This document shows, piece by piece, positions 63,301 to 64,000 of a stretch of 64,000 nt of DNA. The notes beneath the pieces were generated by a model. It did no database searches, was not told the origin of the DNA, and was given only the letters and a program-made list of their open reading frames with translations. The stretch's first letter is position 1; each line of letters begins with the position of its first letter. The stretch comes from Blastocystis sp. subtype 4 (lineage: Eukaryota): the NCBI RefSeq assembly GCF_000743755.1, contig NW_014569523.1, positions 1 through 64,000 of the forward strand, given 5' to 3'. Both the position numbers and the translations under genes were made by a program.

Positions 63301-64000
63301 TCAACCACTTTTACTTTCTTTTCCAATGATTCAATCTTCTCAGCCATCTCATTGATCTCCTTCTTTTCCTTCTCAATCTCCTTCTTCTTCTCTGATACTT
63401 CTCCTTTCACAGACTGTAGTTCATTCTTCATATCATCATTCAATGAATTAACCTTGGTCAATTCTTCTTTCAATCGTTCATTCTCCTTCTTCGTTTCATT
63501 AACACTGTATCGAATAGAATCCAACTCTTTCTCTTTCAATGAAAGCTCTTTTGTCAAATCATCTACTAAATTCAATCCTTCCTTCAATCTCTCATTCTCT
63601 TCCTGTTTTCCTTTCACGTCCTTCCTCAACGATTCATTCTCTTCCTGTTTTCCTCTCACATCCTCCTTCAATCTCTCCACTTCCTCCTTCAATCTCTCAT
63701 TCTCTTCCTCTTTTCCTTTCGCATCCTCCTTCAATCTCTCCACTTCCTCCTCTCTCTTATCAGCCTTTTTTATTTCACCTTCTCGATACTCCTCCAACTC
63801 CCTCTCTCTCTTCTGTACTTCACTTCTCAACATCTCAATCTCCTTCTCCTTCGACTTCAACTCCTCTTCATACTGTTCACATTTCTCTTGTATTCCATTT
63901 ATTTTCTTCTCATTCAACACATCCATCTCCATTGCTATCAACTGTTCTTCTGTATCCTGTAATGCCAACTCCATCTCCTTCTTCTCAGTCTCCAATAAAT
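60310..64000 (-). CDS. Large Glu/Lys-rich coiled-coil protein, 5' part outside the window
   Basis: ORF of over 1170 aa with heptad character. A 29-nt intron near 60468-60496 continues the frame to ...LLISKQS-TGA (60310-60312). TGTTTGTT at 60285-60278. Confidence 0.8.
62461..62860 (-). repeat. Intragenic degenerate 21-nt (heptad) tandem repeats, KEKEAAI/KERDEA
   Basis: An identical 38-nt block occurs at 62461-62498 and 62587-62624 (126-nt spacing) within an array of 7-aa units. Confidence 0.8.
63580..63750 (-). repeat. Intragenic ~63-nt tandem repeats (EVERLKEDxxGKxEENERLK)
   Basis: tcctccttcaatctctccacttcctcc occurs at 63661 and 63724; tccttcaatctctcattctcttcct is also repeated. Confidence 0.75.

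Noticed and set aside
1..64000. Pseudogenes, frameshifts, alternative genetic code, CRISPR arrays or transposons
   Set aside because: Fragmented ORFs are explained by ~30-nt introns under the standard code. No spacer-repeat array, transposase, reverse transcriptase or terminal repeats were seen.

Overview
Very gene-dense eukaryotic nuclear DNA. It holds about 25 intron-rich protein genes and one tRNA-Leu(CAG). Introns are mostly 28-33 nt GT-AG, intergenic gaps are often under 200 nt, and a TGTTTGTT-type motif lies just downstream of nearly every gene end. Together these point to the stramenopile gut protist Blastocystis (inference; subtype not determined). Genes in order: RPL18 (3' end), a Cys-rich hypothetical protein, a CHD7-like remodeler with FYRN/FYRC domains, PDK, a MORN/EH/LRR-like protein, a Zwilch candidate, TOP3A, a helical hypothetical protein, fibrillarin, RPL27a, RPS23, XRN2-like, BET1, a divergent RPN1, VPS11, a degenerate cyclophilin, a MIC13/QIL1 candidate, a CENP-E-like kinesin, a mitochondrial CDF transporter, syntaxin-6-like, RRP12, mt EF-G2, ZRANB2, tRNA-Leu, USP48-like, PUS10, a Mia40-like/GCK protein and a long coiled-coil protein. 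Main highlights: (1) at least four genes whose stop codon appears to be created by polyadenylation; (2) five genomic TGA stops at exactly the same -5 register relative to the motif; (3) two short AT-AC (U12-type) introns; (4) candidate kinetochore-corona genes (Zwilch, CENP-E with CaaX) and cristae/IMS-import genes (MIC13, membrane-anchored Mia40-like). Gene models were assembled by eye, so some exon boundaries and starts are approximate. Homology calls come from motif recognition, not database searches.
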